DNA of 64,000 nt from Eledone cirrhosa (taxonomy: Eukaryota), in assembly GCA_964016885.1 (NCBI GenBank), contig OZ024747.1:85002001-85066000 (forward strand). The letters are read 5' to 3'. Shown here piece after piece: positions 14,541-30,200 of this stretch. Positions within the stretch are counted from its first letter, which is position 1; each line of letters starts with the position of its first letter. The position numbers and the translations under genes were made by a program. The notes below the pieces were generated by a model. That model was not told where the DNA came from and ran no database searches. It worked only from the letters and a program-made list of their open reading frames with translations.

Positions 14541-14806
14541 ATATGATGGCTGCCCCCTCGTTATCGAGTATGGCCATTGCACGATATAACATCATTAATA
14601 ATTATGAATTAATGTTATAGTGCAATTCCTGTACCTAAATATTTTTTTAAAGTGAGGAAATACTGTGCACTGAGCCAATCCCACTCTCTGAGCGACAGTA
14701 GCTGTAACCCGAAAAGAAGAAACTACTGAGCCGCAGGTTTTATGTCGGAGTTATCCCAATTTCCTGAGTTGCCTTCTCCTAAAAGAATGCCCTGACAAAG
14801 GTTAGT
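14541..14806 (-). mobile_element. RTE-related non-autonomous repeat (family also at 20826-21180 and 38572-38820)
   Basis: Shared ATGATGGCTGCCCCCTCG...GTGCACTGAGCCAATCCCACTCTCTGAGCGACAGTAG. Confidence 0.7.
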
Positions 14807-15639
14807 GGTTCTATATACATACATACATACATACATACATACATACATACATACATACATACATACATACATACATACATACATACATACGGGCACGTAC
14901 AGACATGTTTGGGGAAACTATCGATATATCTGGTCAAGAAAGCCTGAAGGTCATAAATTCTCGCCCCACCACCACCACCACACACACAAACATCTTGGGA
15001 CTTGTGTATAAGAAGAAAATGTTGTGTATAAGAAAACAATTACCTTGAGGATAAAAAGAATAAAGTTACAGAATATATAGAAAACAAAATGTTTGAGATT
15101 CCAATGAAGTGAATTCCCTGATGCTTTGGAATGGAATTTATATGGAATCCTTGGAATAAATTTTACTATTGAAACGAATAAGGAAATATGTTTTGATTGT
15201 TTGCTGGATTCATAATTAGCGTTATCGTATGAGTGACGAATTTATCAGTGTCGTTAAAGCGGCGATTTCAATGTGTTGGTATTTGTTCCATAAAGGCAGC
15301 GAATTGGCAGAATCTTGAGACTATACGAGAGATGCTTTGCTGTATTCCTTCTTACTCTCTGCGCCCTCTAACTTCAAACCCCGCAAAGATCAACTTCGCC
15401 TTTCATCCTTTCGAGGTCGATAAAATAAAGAACCAGTAAAATACTAGGGTCCACATGACCGACGTCCTCGTCCCTTAAATTGGTGGCCTTGTGCCAATGT
15501 TAGAATTTATTATTAGCTCTAAAAATGTTAATGGAGATCGCAGTTGATGGTTGGAGTAAACTGTGTTGCAGTACCCGAGGCCGATTCTTCTATATCTCTC
15601 TCTCCTTCCCTGGAAGAAATCGGCTCTGTGCAGACCTGG

Positions 15640-17020
15640 AGAATGAAGGCTCCATCAGCTTTAAAATGTCTATGATCCGACAGCTGGCTGCCAAAATTTA
15701 TAACCACCATTTGAACAGGCTTCAACTAGAAATTGAAAAAGCCCTACGTCCAAACCCAAATGGATTTATATCATCTAGATCCCATTATGACAGATTATGG
15801 TTCTACGACATCTAATCTAAGAAGTAGGAAACCATCAAACAGGGGCCGTGTTGACCTTTATAGACTTTCAAAACGCTTTTGATAATATTGATTCCTAGTA
15901 TAGGCACAAGGCCAGTCATTTGGGGGGAAAGGAAAGTCGATTAAATCGATTCCAGTACGTTACTGGTGCTTTATTTTATCGATCCCGTAAGGATGAAAGG
16001 CAAAGTTAACCTCGGCGGGATTTGAACTTAGACCGTAAAGCGGCGTAATTCTATGCTGCAAAGCATGGCGTCCGACCTTCTACCGATACTGCCAATCCAC
16101 CGCCGTAACGCTTTTGATAACATTAACCATGAACAGGTGTTTAAGGTTTGACTTGAAACTCTTTAATGGAATCAGGACCCTTAACAAAAACAATCTCGCT
16201 ACGGTATTGACAGCAGAAAGAATTACTCCTTTCGGGTAGTCACAGATGTACTTTAAGGTAATCCCTCGCACCGTATTTATTTATCATCGTACTTGATTAT
16301 GCACTACATGTTGCTATTGATGGTTTTGAGGGCTTTACCCTTCAACACCTTGCAGATATAGAATTCACTGTTGATATTGTCTTACGTGCAGAAGACGTTT
16401 CTACTCAAGCTATGGGACTCTTCCTAAATGTCTACAAAACTACATACATGACCATCAACTCAGTACAAGCAATAAACATCAAATCATTAAGCAATACTGT
16501 TCTCGAAAAAGTAGATGATTTCAAAAGCCTTGGTACATACACCATGTCGTCAACTGATATAAACAGCAGGGTAACACAAGTATGATTTGCTGTGAACTCA
16601 CTAGACAAAGTGTTGAAATCTAACATAACCACAAAACAAAAGTTAGATTATTCAAAGCTACAGTGGAATCTATCTTATTGTAAGTGACAATACATGTCAC
16701 TAAATCTTTAGATGGTTGCTATACCCAAATGCTAAGAAGGATGAAAAAACTTTAAACATCAAAATTCTCTACGGCAACCTTCCGCTCATTAGCCATACCA
16801 TCCATATCAGGTATTTTCAAATTGCAGGTCATCTCATGAGAGGCAACGAACCTGCTACAAAACTTTTACTTTGGGAGTCCATGGATGTGAAACGAAAACG
16901 TGGAAGACCTCTCAAGACATTAAAGAGAGTCATTGGAGTAAATACTGAACTGTCCGGGGAAGAACTGAAGCAATCAATGTTGGATCATGTGAGATGGAAC
17001 GGTTTTATCATTGCTTAACA
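15640..17020 (+). pseudogene. Degenerate RTE-clade LINE RT fragment
   Basis: AAKIYN...LRPNPNGF..SRS; LTFIDF..AFD; C-terminal AGHL.R...KRKRGRPLKT; many stops and frameshifts; interrupted by a SINE. Confidence 0.75.
15890..16106 (-). mobile_element. SINE family A inserted in the RTE, with an 18-bp TSD
   Basis: AACGCTTTTGATAA(T/C)ATT at 15872-15889 and 16107-16124. Confidence 0.9.
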
Positions 17021-17156
17021 TTTAACGGATTAATAGGAAAAGGCAAACATTTCTACGAAAAGAAAAGAAAAATGTGATCACTTATATCCTAAAAAAATTA
17101 TACCTTGAAACAGTTGGAGAAGCTTTGTGGCGAAATATAGTGAGATAAAAATAAAA

Positions 17157-17870
17157 TAATTGTTTCTACTTTTGGCACAAGGCCAGCAATTATCCCAGTG
17201 TATTACTGGTACTTTATTTTATCGACCCCGTAAGGATGAAAGGCAAAATTAACCTCGGCGGGATTTGAACTCAGACCATAAAGGGCCGTAACTCTTTGCT
17301 GCAAAGCATGGCGTCCGACCGTCTACCGATACTACCAATTCACCGCCCTAAAATTAAAAATAAAATAATTAAAATAATTGTTTCTACTTTTCTTTGTTAA
17401 TTAATAATTGTTTCTGCACAAGGCCAGCAATTACCCAGTGCATTACTGGTAAATAATTAAAATAATGATATGTAATTTAGGAATAAAGCCAGGATTATAT
17501 CGACCCCCCAGACTAGTACTTTATTTTATCGATCTCGGAAGGATGACAGGCAAAGTCAACCTCGGCAGGATTTAAAGTAAAGCGCTGAAACAAATACTGT
17601 GAAGCATTTGTTCGACGCTCTGACTCTGCCAACCCAACGCCCTTAACAAAGATAATAACGACTTCTAATTTAAGCAGAAGGCCAGCAATTTTGTGGAAAG
17701 TAGATTAAATCGATGCTAGTTCTTAACCGCTACTTTATTTATCAACCCAGAAGGATGAAAGGCAAAAATTGACATCGACGGGATTTGAAATCAGAACGTA
17801 ATGAACCATAATTAAATATCACAAAACCTTTTGTCCCAGTCTCTACCGATACTGCCAACCTACCGCCCTC
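17157..17870 (-). mobile_element. Cluster of SINE family A copies of differing ages
   Basis: Three to four successive copies of the consensus. Confidence 0.8.
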
Positions 17871-18703
17871 TTGTGTGTGGATAACGATGATTGTGATGAT
17901 AATTATCATTCATTTTGTTAAATTATATGAAAGAAAATATATCCACCACTATTTTAGTTCACTCTCTGTAAATAATAAATGTTATTTGTGTGTACGTCTG
18001 ATTGTTTGTGGTAACCACTTGTTATTAAGCACCCCTCATTAACAACAACCTAATGGTGTCGACATCATTATCATTTAACACCCATGTGCTAAATTAATAT
18101 GTCAACCAAATGAATAGATAAACAAATACAGATTAACAGCAATATTAAAAGAAAAATAATAACAACGACACAATATATAACAAGTAAAACATAAAATAAT
18201 TCTTTCTTTTGGCAGTGACAGATTTATGAGGGTGAGAACACTAGGATGGTTGTAACGTACAAAAATTCTCAAACAACCATTAGTTACGTAAATTTAGTTT
18301 CAATAATTAAATCAAAATCAAGTAACTGCTTAAGCCCAACAACAGATCATGTTTTGCTAAATTATTCTGGCCATAAATTACTATATGAATAAACAACAGA
18401 TGGATATAATTGGGAAGATCGTGGGAGTAAAGTGCGTTGCGTTTTAGTTACGGTTCTTAAGGTTTTAAGTTCAAATCCCACTGAGATCAACTTTGCATTT
18501 CATCCTTCCGAGGTCGATAAAATAAAGTACCAGTCATGTACTAGGGTCGACATTCTCCTCTCCGCAAAATTGTTCGCCTTATACCTGAATTAGAAATTAT
18601 TATCATTGAGTTTCGTGTTTAAATTGAGAGCGTTGGGTTAGTGGTATTTATTTAGTGTTGTAGATTTTGCCACTGTTATTGTCATTATTTTAAATTTAAG
18701 TAA

Positions 18704-18894
18704 GGGCGGTGGATTGGCAGTATCGGTAGAAGGTCGGACACCATGCTTTGCAGCATAGAGTTACGTCCCTTTACGGTCTGAGTTCAAATCCCACCGAGGT
18801 TACCTTTGCCTTTCATCCTTACGGGGGACGATAAAATAAAGTGGCAGTAAGGCACTGGGTAATTGCTGGCCTTGTGCCAAAAGTAGAAACAATT
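18704..18894 (+). mobile_element. Full-length tRNA-derived SINE family A (Nin/Deu-like central domain); representative of about 18 copies in the window
   Basis: A box TGGCAGTATCGG; B box GAGTTCAAATCC; central CTTTGCCTTTCATCCTTACGGGG..CGATAAAATAAAGT; tail TTGTGCCAAAAGTAGAAACAATT. Other copies at about 15290, 18410, 20043, 30110, 32258, 37268, 43120, 56874 and 61540. Confidence 0.85.
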
Positions 18895-20825
18895 AATTAC
18901 TTAAAATACAAAGTATTTCATTAGAAATAGGTTAACTAAAAGATTAACTAGGTCAAAATTCACTAGTAAACATAATTCCATGCTAAGTCCATCACTATGA
19001 CGTTTGAAATTGATTAACGTACGTAATTACAATAATTTACGACGATATCAAGAAAACCTAAAACCTGTAATTATATTGTTAACGTTACACTAAAGCCCAA
19101 AACTGACTGTAGTTCCTTTCATATGTGCTGCACCAGATAAGAGTCTTTCGAGTCGGATAGAATGCTTTCTGGTATTCGTTCCGGTTCTCTGCACTCTAAG
19201 TTCAAATCCTGCCCAAGCCAATCCTCTGCGAAACGCGTGTAACAGGTCGATACGCAATAAATATTTTTCTCATGTAAACGAAATTACCTCGTTTTTTTTA
19301 AATATTATATACACCCTGTCTGTGCATAGAGTGCATGATTTAGTACCAACACCAGTATTTAACCGTACTGCCTACACTATATATATATATTGCCATGGAA
19401 CATCTTCACGAACGAAAGTATTGTCTTCCTCTTTTCCTTCGGTTGCAACATTTTTCGAAATATTTACTTCTGCGTCCACAGATTCATTTTTTTTTATCAG
19501 AAGATCCTGTTAAGGGTGAAAGCAACGATTCTTTGCTTAAACTTTAATCTGTTATTTTAATAAATATATATATAGTGTAAATTATTCAGTAATTTTGTTG
19601 ATTACTGGAGTGGTACCGAGATGAGAACTCGATGTTATTACTTGAACAGGGTGATTCCTAAGGAAATGTATACTTTCCACAGTATCTGATGTACGTTTGT
19701 AATTAGCAAAGTGTATTTACTGTGAATGAGATAATGAGGCTTCCCTTTAAAATATATTTTATTGCATATCGAACATAACATATGAAATTAATGTGAAAGT
19801 GACTGAGCATTCAATATACACATGAAGTGTGTATAGCAAAGCTTTCCCTTTGAATTACCAGTAGGGTCCATCTGACGGGCTTCCGAACAGTTTCCGTCTA
19901 CTAAATTTCACTCACAAGGTCGATCCGAAGCTATAGTAAATGACACTTGTTCAAAATTCCATGCAGTGGGAACACTGGATCTAATGATAGCTATTCGGCC
20001 AAGATACGTCCGCTTGTTTTTTTTCCTATTATACTTCATGGTTGGACGCCATGCTTTTTAACTTTGCCTTTCATCCTTACGGGGTCGATAAAATAAAGTA
20101 CCAGTAATGTATTGGGTAATTGCTGGCCTTGTGCCAAAAGTAGAAACAATTATACTTACGTCAGTCGTCTGTTGCTTGCGTCTCTGGAACTCCTTAATAG
20201 CTCTTTAATGACCAACTCCTCTTCCTCCTCCTCCTCATCATCAACATCATCGTTATCATCACTATCATCTGTTTAGTTATTATGTCAGTAAATAAATGAA
20301 CTAAATATTTTATCAAGTCTAGAGGAGTGATAGTGAACAGACAGACAGACAGACTGAGGGTCATCAGACAGACAGAGGGATATAAAGACAACCATTGATA
20401 GTGGGATATACACACATACACATACATACACATATACATACATACACATAGATACATTCATACATACATACATACATACATGCATACATACATTCATACA
20501 TACATACATACACATACATACACACATACATACATACACATACATACATTCATACATACATACATACATGCATACATACATTCATACATACATACACATA
20601 CATACACACATACATACATACACATACATACATTCATACATACATACATCCATACATACATGCATACATACATTCATACATACATACATACACACATAAA
20701 TAGGTACGTACCTACTTATATACATACATACATATATACACATACATACATACATGCATGCATGCATACATACATACAAACATACATACATACATACATA
20801 CATACATACATACATGCATACGTAT

Positions 20826-21180
20826 ATGATGGCTGCCCCCTCGTTATGGAGTATGGTCATGGCACGATATACCATTGTTAATAATTATTAATTAATTCCA
20901 TCGTGCAAGGCCTGTGCGTGAAGATTTTTTTAAAGTGAGGAAAGACTGTGCACTGAGCCAATCCCACTCTCTGAGCGACAGTAGCTATAACCCGAAAAAA
21001 AGAAAAGATCAACATCAACGGTTACAACTGAGCCGCAGGTTCTATATCGGAGTTATCTCAGTTCCCTGAGTTGCCTTCTCCTAGAAGAATGCCCTGACAA
21101 AGGCTAGGGGTCCTCCACTCCCAGTGGTTTAACCGCGCGATCGGGTGTCCGGCCCGACTATTTCTATGTCCCCGCGCATA
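20826..21180 (-). mobile_element. RTE-related non-autonomous repeat, longest copy in the window
   Basis: Same family as 14541 and 38572; bounded by microsatellites. Confidence 0.7.
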
Positions 21181-21205
21181 TATATACATACATATATACA
21201 TACAC

Positions 21206-21316
<111 letters not shown>

Positions 21317-21340
21317 TATATATATATATATATATATATA

Positions 21341-24062
21341 AAATCAAGGTCTAGCAAAAAGAGAAAATGTTTTAAAAGAAATTTGCTTCGGACAACGCAG
21401 CCTTCGTGTTTCGCGTCGAAGAACTGGCTCAAGGCCGTTCTCGACGCTTACCCTCTGGCCACGTTGCCGCTTCTCATTGCCTCTTCAACATTAACTACCA
21501 ACTACCTTTCCTTCCTATTTCTATCTGAGGCTAACTCCTTACTAACTCCTATTGAAACTACTCTAATCTCTCTTTTTAGAGAGCCCCACCACCTGCTGTT
21601 GACAATGGCGCCCGTCAACCGCTCCTTAACTAAGGTTCTAATCCGGTGCCTGTAAGCTCTACTTGCCGGTAAGGACAAGTTGAGCTTCCAGTAACCGGGT
21701 CCCTGTCTATGCGTTCTATCAAGGTGGACTACGCAGGTCATTAACTTGTGGTCTGAATAGCCTACCATGAGCATTTCTGGACAACTTAATAAGTCCCTAT
21801 CCTTAATTCTAACTAAGAACCTATCTAGGTACGATCTAGATTAACCGCTATGATTTGTCCAAGTCCAGGTTGGCACAGTCGGAAAATCTAGTCGATATCT
21901 ATCGGCCAGGTCAAATCGGCCGATTAACCCCTTGAGGTTGTTACACTCCCCTCTATCGGGACATGCCCCTACATAGTCTCAACGTGCATCTAGGATACCA
22001 TTCCAGCCCCCCACTAAAAGCAAGGAGCGGGACGTCCCTAAAAAAGTCTCCTGACGATGGAAGAAGTCCGATCGCATTGCCCCAAAAGGGGTGTAAACTG
22101 CGACAAGCCTAAAAGCTTCGCCTTCACCACTGCCAAGGTCCAGAACCACGAGTCGACCCTCCGGGTCCAAGTGTACCGTCTGTGTAGCGAGACCCAGATG
22201 TTTTTGCAGCAGAACGACAACCCCACCCCCACCTCCGGGCTGACAGAGAGATGCGTGCATCTCAAAGTCATCAAAGGCGGGGCTAGTTGTCTCACGCTGC
22301 TGATCCGGACCTCGCAAATAACCATCACATTTATACATCGTGACCTGAGGTCATTTAGAAGTTTAGCTTGCTTCCAAGGTGAGCCCAGGCCACGCGCATT
22401 TAGACAACCTACTCTTAACACAGCCATGTTGATGGTAAAGAAAGAGGCACTTACCTCTCTGCGTCCCGGGGTCCGGGCTGTTCAGTTTCCATGGGGGTGG
22501 TGGAGGGGTTGTTGGGTGGGGTGGTGGTTTGTGGTGTGGGGGTATTAGTGTGTGAAGGAGTTGGGGTGTTTGGAATTGTGTGGGTGTTTGAGGAGGGGAG
22601 GGGAAAACCTTTCAGGAGGACGCGGTTGAGTGGCCTGGTGCAGGGTGGCCCCACGTCCTCAGGGTAAATGTTTTTCAATGTTTTGAAAATGTCAAGTGGG
22701 ACTTTCACCATTTTCAGGTTAGGGAGTCCCGTTGCTATTGCAAAATTCAGCCCTTCGGTTTGTACCGAAGGGTTGTTGTCTATTTTTTCTGTTAAGTTTT
22801 TATTGTTTTTGTTTATGTATGTGTAGAGTTTTTGTGTTGTTGTGTTTGTTTTTGCTTGTTGTTCTTGAGTGAGCTTGCGTTTTGTTGTCAGGTGGGGTTA
22901 TTTTTGTTTGTGTGGTGTGTGTGTACGTTTTTTTCCTTTTGACCTTTTCGAGAGGAGCCCCCTCGTCTTCCGAGGATATGAGCTCCTCTTCCGTATTGGA
23001 GGGGAGGAGTATATTGCCAGGTTGTGTTTGCACTGCGTGTGTTTATGTATTTGTGTTATGTGGGGAGGGGCTGGGTGGGACCGTGTTTTGGGTTGTTTTC
23101 TTGAGTTGTTGTTGTTGATGTTGTTGTTGTTGTGGTGGTGCTGGAGGTGGTGTTGTCGTTTTTTGTTGTCGTTGTGGTGGTGGTGGTGATGGTGGTGTAT
23201 TTTGTTGTTTTTGTGGTGGTGGTGCTGGTTGTTTTTGTTGTTGTGGTGGTGTTTGTAGCAGTGTTTTTTTTGTTGTTAGTAGAGGGCAGGAAGTCCTCGG
23301 GTGACCTCTGCCAGCGCAGTGGTAACATGAGAGCCTCCTGCCTTCCACCGTAATATTAATAAAGGTTCGACCATCCAGTAGTACTCGATCGGGTATTCCG
23401 GCGATTCTCTCAGGTGTCATCTGTAAGAGAACCTCCAAGCCCCCCCCCCCCCGAACAGTCCACTGGTGGACTCACCTGCTGATATTAGGATGTCCTTTTC
23501 TAGGTCCGTGAATCCTGTCAGGACGGACCAGATGTTTACTTCTGGCGTTGAGCTCCACATTCTTAGTCTTTGTGTTCTTCTTCCTTTATATGTGGGGAAG
23601 AAGGTGTATTGTGGTGACACTATAGGTGCCACCGAGCATTTTTGAGCCAGCATTTCGTCCTTCATTCGGACCATAATGTATTTTTTTCCGTTATTTTTTT
23701 CAAAATTTGGGTTTTCACTCGAATTAACATTCTTTTTTTCCATTCGAGAGGAGGGGTTGTTCAACCGTTTGAATTGTTGTTCCCTCTTTCTCGCTTTTTT
23801 TGGTGAGCGTGGCGTTAGCTTGCAATACGGCTTCCTCGTTTTTAACGATATCGATAAACATTTTAAAATTAAAGATTTTCACCCCAAAAGGGGCGAAAAT
23901 ATATTTACCCCACGTCTACAGTCCCAGACGAGGGGTTAGAGTCAACAGTAGTAACACAATTTAAATAATACACTCACAAATAACCAAGTAGTGATTCAAA
24001 ATCGAAGGGCCGATGTGAAAGACGTCTACTATCAACGACAGACAGGCTGACAAACAGACTGA
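21341..24062 (-). mobile_element. 5' half of a Tx1/L1-clade LINE: 5' UTR, frameshifted ORF1 (zinc knuckle) and APE endonuclease of ORF2
   Basis: CYHCAGRGHPRTSC knuckle; ORF2 start at 22427 MAVLRVGCLNARGL; EGRLVVLD; SDHK; GPGYWKLN; truncated at (TA)n/(CA)n. Confidence 0.85.
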
Positions 24063-24129
24063 AATACATACACACAGACAGACTGACAGACTGACTGACA
24101 GACTGACTGACAGACTGACAGACAGACTA

Positions 24130-25305
24130 ATTTCTGTTTATTTGCCACTAGGGCACAAAAGAAAGGGACATGTACATGGGTGGGGGGAGTTTACATAAAA
24201 ATCGAGTAAGAAAAATATAACAAACAAAATAATAACAAGAAGGTCCTCAATAGGGAGGGATCGTTTTGGGGTCACACACACCCCCGAAAAAAGTGTGCGA
24301 CCCTTCTCCACGGGAGCACAAAGAGAGGGTGCTCCCTTCTTTCTGTTCCACCTACAGGCTGAGGTAGAGAGAAGGCCCATTCACACGGGCCATTCTCGCA
24401 ACTTTCACCCACCTTTCATAAAACTTGCTGGAGTGGAGCACCTCTCTCTCCATCCTGATCCTTCTTCCGAAATGGTATCGGAAGAAAAGGACCAGTTGTT
24501 GGCCGGAGAGAAAGGTGTCCGACCTCAGCCCTTTCAGACGCGTCCACCATATAGCCTCTTTTACCATGGCTACTACACCGGGGAAGACTGCCTCTCCTTC
24601 ATTTTTGAAGGGGGGAGGCGGCTTGATCGTTACAATGGACTCGGTGGTCAACCTAATTGGTCCCACCCGTGACAGCAGTCGTTCGACATAGCCCCACAGA
24701 TCGGCAACGCCCGGGCAGTGCACCAATGCGTGCGCGACGGTTTCCTCGTCGCGCACGCATCTGGGACAGATCTTTTTCGAGGGGTCCCTACCCGGGCGCC
24801 CGTGTCTGTAGAGCTTATCCCGAACGGGCAGCGCCCCTCGGTAGCACTGCCAGGCCAAGGACTTCTGGAAGTTGTCCATAGGTCCCGGGCCGAAAGTCCT
24901 ACCGAATATACTGGCCAGTTCGTCCTCCTCCATGCCTAGGGTTTCTCCGAGGGCGTCGTCGCACCCGCTAACCACCAGCCCTCTATAGAATGACGAGGTG
25001 GAGTCTCCGTCGATAGCCGGGTCCGCCTGCCAGAGAGCCGTGAGCGCCTGGGCACACTCGGTGTGCCAGTCGCCCAGTTTTCTCGGTCTATGCTTCACCC
25101 AGGACTGCAGCTCGGTGAGCGAGACGAGCCTCGGGAAGGCTCGCCTCACGAACGGGGCCCACACCGGTTGACCGGTGAGGAATACGTGGAGGTGCCTTAG
25201 CCTCAATGCGTGTTTACGCATTTTTAGCCACGGCATCCCCAGCCCTCCTTTCAAAGGGTGTTGACAGCAGATGGATCTCCTCACCAGAGGAGACCTCTTC
25301 TTCCA
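24130..25305 (-). mobile_element. 3' end of a Tx1/L1-clade LINE (ORF2 C-terminus 24352-25284 plus 3' UTR)
   Basis: KGGLGMP, ALPVRDKL, CPRC-x8-H-x4-C knuckle; AATAAA near 24137-24142, then a (GACA/GACT)n tract. Confidence 0.85.
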
Positions 25306-25443
25306 AACAATACCAAAGACAAAAGTGGAAAGAAGAGAGATTTAAAGTAAAAAAATAAAAGTAAAATTGCTGACAGGCGGAAGTGGAAAGGAAAAATATT
25401 TCACGTTTTAGATAACATCTTGAAGAGAATATGTACGACGATA

Positions 25444-25514
<71 letters not shown>

Positions 25515-25668
25515 AGGACGATGGGCCTGGGAGAATGGTAATAACGATCCTTTTGATGTCACAGATTACGTACTTACGCGCGCGTGAGAGTGAGAAAATA
25601 CATACATGGTCTATGTAGGCGGGGAAAATTAGAGTGTATATATAAGTATATATATATGTATATATATT

Positions 25669-27420
<1,752 letters not shown>

Positions 27421-28308
27421 GCCCTCATGACCCTACTTGCCGAACAAGATAGGGGAAACCCCAGCTAACATAGGTAAATGTACCTCTTCTTTTTTCCTTT
27501 TTATTTTCTTCTTTCCACTCCCTATCCTCTTCCTTTTCCTTTTCCCCCTTTCGCCTACCCCGAGGCAGCCCATCGGGCTTTTGTAGCCTCAGTACCCCCA
27601 CTCCAGTAAATTATATATAGCATTGGCCGAAAACGCAATACCAACTAAATATAGCAGCTGTTTTAGACTCTAGAGATTTTTTATTGCTTCTCACTATCCA
27701 ATTTTATATTTTTATATATTTTTCCATTTATTTATTATCTTCTAATCTCAATTTATTAACCTATTCTATAACGTCCCCTCTCTATTTTCTCTAGAATCCT
27801 TTTTCGCCTGCTTCCTATCTAGCTATTTTCATACACAATCCTTAGAATCTGCTGTATAGAATTCACTTTCAACGCTTGACCGGCTCCACCAACTCCTTCA
27901 TTGTTCTACAGGCAAGTTCAGCCATCCCCACCTTCTACCACTGCCATGAAAGACTTAATTGTGTTTACAAGAAATTTTGACCAATCCTCTTGACAACTAC
28001 AATCTTCCCATATAAAGAATTATCCCTTGAAAAGTTCAGCTATTTATTTACCACGCTAAAAATTCTAATTTAGTTCAGAAACAGCCGTCGAAACGGCTTG
28101 AGCTCTGCCGTCGGGGTCAAAAATGTTCCTATATATATATATTAGAAATAGAAGCTGTGCAACCATTACACCACCACATCACCCACAACATATCTCAGAA
28201 GGGTCTAAACCCCACTATCAGGCTAAAATTGCTTTACTAAAAAGATACGGCGAAAGCTTCTACTTCTAATTTCAAACTCGGTCACTGTTTCAAAAACATA
28301 TTTACTTG

Positions 28309-28417
<109 letters not shown>

Positions 28418-28528
28418 GAAACAATTGTTCTCGGTATGGTGAACTAACTGTTGTGTAACCACTTCTACCTAACTAGTCCCATGGACTGAGTGCTCTACCA
28501 CTACGGATATTACCTTCCAGTGTTCTAC

Positions 28529-28569
<41 letters not shown>

Positions 28570-28637
28570 GTGGGTATGTAAGTTGACCGTTGAGGTCTAT
28601 ATTTTGGGTATGTCACTATCTTATACTTCAAATATTA

Positions 28638-28696
28638 TATTTTATCTGATGAAAGCATACTATATTTAGTATCCTTGAAATATGTATAATAAAATA
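28638..28696 (+). ncRNA. Type I hammerhead ribozyme
   Basis: TATTTTAT-CTGATGA-AAGCATACTATATTTAGTATCCTT-GAAA-TATGTA-TA-ATAAAATA. Confidence 0.85.
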
Positions 28697-29829
28697 AATA
28701 TGATGCTATAAGTGATATTTTCCATTTATTACTATTGTTTATATATATATATAATTGGTGTTGGATGCTTAAAGCGTCCGTATGCGGTAGGCCGTATGAG
28801 CACTCGATGCCCTAAAAGAAAAATCTGCTTCGTAGAATCGAGACGTATCCGAGGACCGCGCGATTTCAGAGTCAGGTTTGATCACCACATCGATCGTGCC
28901 TCGAGCTGGTCGCCCAAGAAACAATTGTAATATGTCCAATAAATTCCTTTCGTCGTATTGTATTATTGTACCATATATATTGTATATAATGTACATATTG
29001 TGTATATATTTTATACATCATTATATTTATTCTATATATTATTGTATATACTGAAATATTATATATATTGTTCGTGTTGATTTCCTCTGCATTATTTAGG
29101 ACAGCTTGTGTCATTAGTTTAATAAGGAAAACTGTTGAATTAATTACATGATAATTTGTATATAATTATTCATTTCAACATATGTGGTTTCATTTCCTTA
29201 AGAGAAACATTTCTGCCACAATCAACAACAACAACAACAACAATAAAATGACTAACAACAACACTGTGAAAAATTGATGTCATTCTTTATTTGTTTCTTT
29301 ATTTTTCTTTCCTTCTTTTTGTCTTCTTTTCTGTCATTCCTTCCTTCCTTCTCTTTTTCTTTCCCACTTTTTTCTTTTCTGTCGTTTCCTGTTCTTTCTT
29401 ACTTTCTTCTTTTCTGTCTATACTATCTCTTTTCTTTCTTTCCTTTTTATTATTCATTAATTTATCATTATCATCATCATCAACATCTTCATCATTACGA
29501 TTATTAAATATAATGAAATTATTATTGTTGTTGTTTTTGTTGTTGTTTTTATCGTCATTATTATTTAATAAGATGCACTTTCGCCTGGTTTTGAATTAGA
29601 CTACATTCTGTTAACCTGACAATTCCCACCAACATTCAATTTGAAAAATATTGCGAATTTCAACCCGACTACTGAAAACGCTAACAGTGCAAACTTACAT
29701 ATAGCTTCTCTTGATGCTGGAAAATATTTTCTCGCGTCAATCTAGTTTTAGTTTCGGAGTTGTCTGATAAGCAATTTAATCTGAAACCATGAATTGAAAC
29801 TAAACAATTATCGTACCATCTTGTCAAGT

Positions 29830-30070
29830 CAAGAGTACTCAAACTATACGGTCATATAAAAAGATCAACTCGTGGTGTGAGTAGGTTATGCCTGGAAGGA
29901 AGGTTAGCTGGTAAGAGAAGCAGAGGCTGGCAGCCAAAACAATGGCTTGACAATGTCAATACATGGACTGGACTTGATCTTTGCAATTTGAACTCTGCTG
30001 CTGGTGATCGAACTTTGTGGAGAGAGATATCACATGTTAATGTGCAGTCTGCAACTGGCGGAGTTTAGCG
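29830..30070 (+). pseudogene. RTE-clade LINE C-terminal fragment
   Basis: YGHIKR...LEGRLAGKRSRG.QPKQWLDNV...DRTLWR. Confidence 0.7.
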
Positions 30071-30200
30071 GATAATATGTGATTATTTTGATGGGTGTTT
30101 GATGAAAATAATTGTTTCTACTTTAGGCACAAGGCCAACACATACCCAGTTCATTACTGGTACTTTATTTTATCGACCCTGAAAATAATAATACCAGGAT

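Noticed and set aside
15112-15188. TTCC-CTGATGC...GAAACGAATA-AGGAA HHR-like string
   Set aside because: The core deviates and there is no convincing stem II.
18704-18795. SINE heads as tRNA genes
   Set aside because: They have A and B boxes but no complete cloverleaf, and they continue into the SINE body.
29270-29600. Hydrophobic Phe/Leu/Ser-rich ORFs resembling membrane proteins
   Set aside because: A pyrimidine-rich low-complexity tract.
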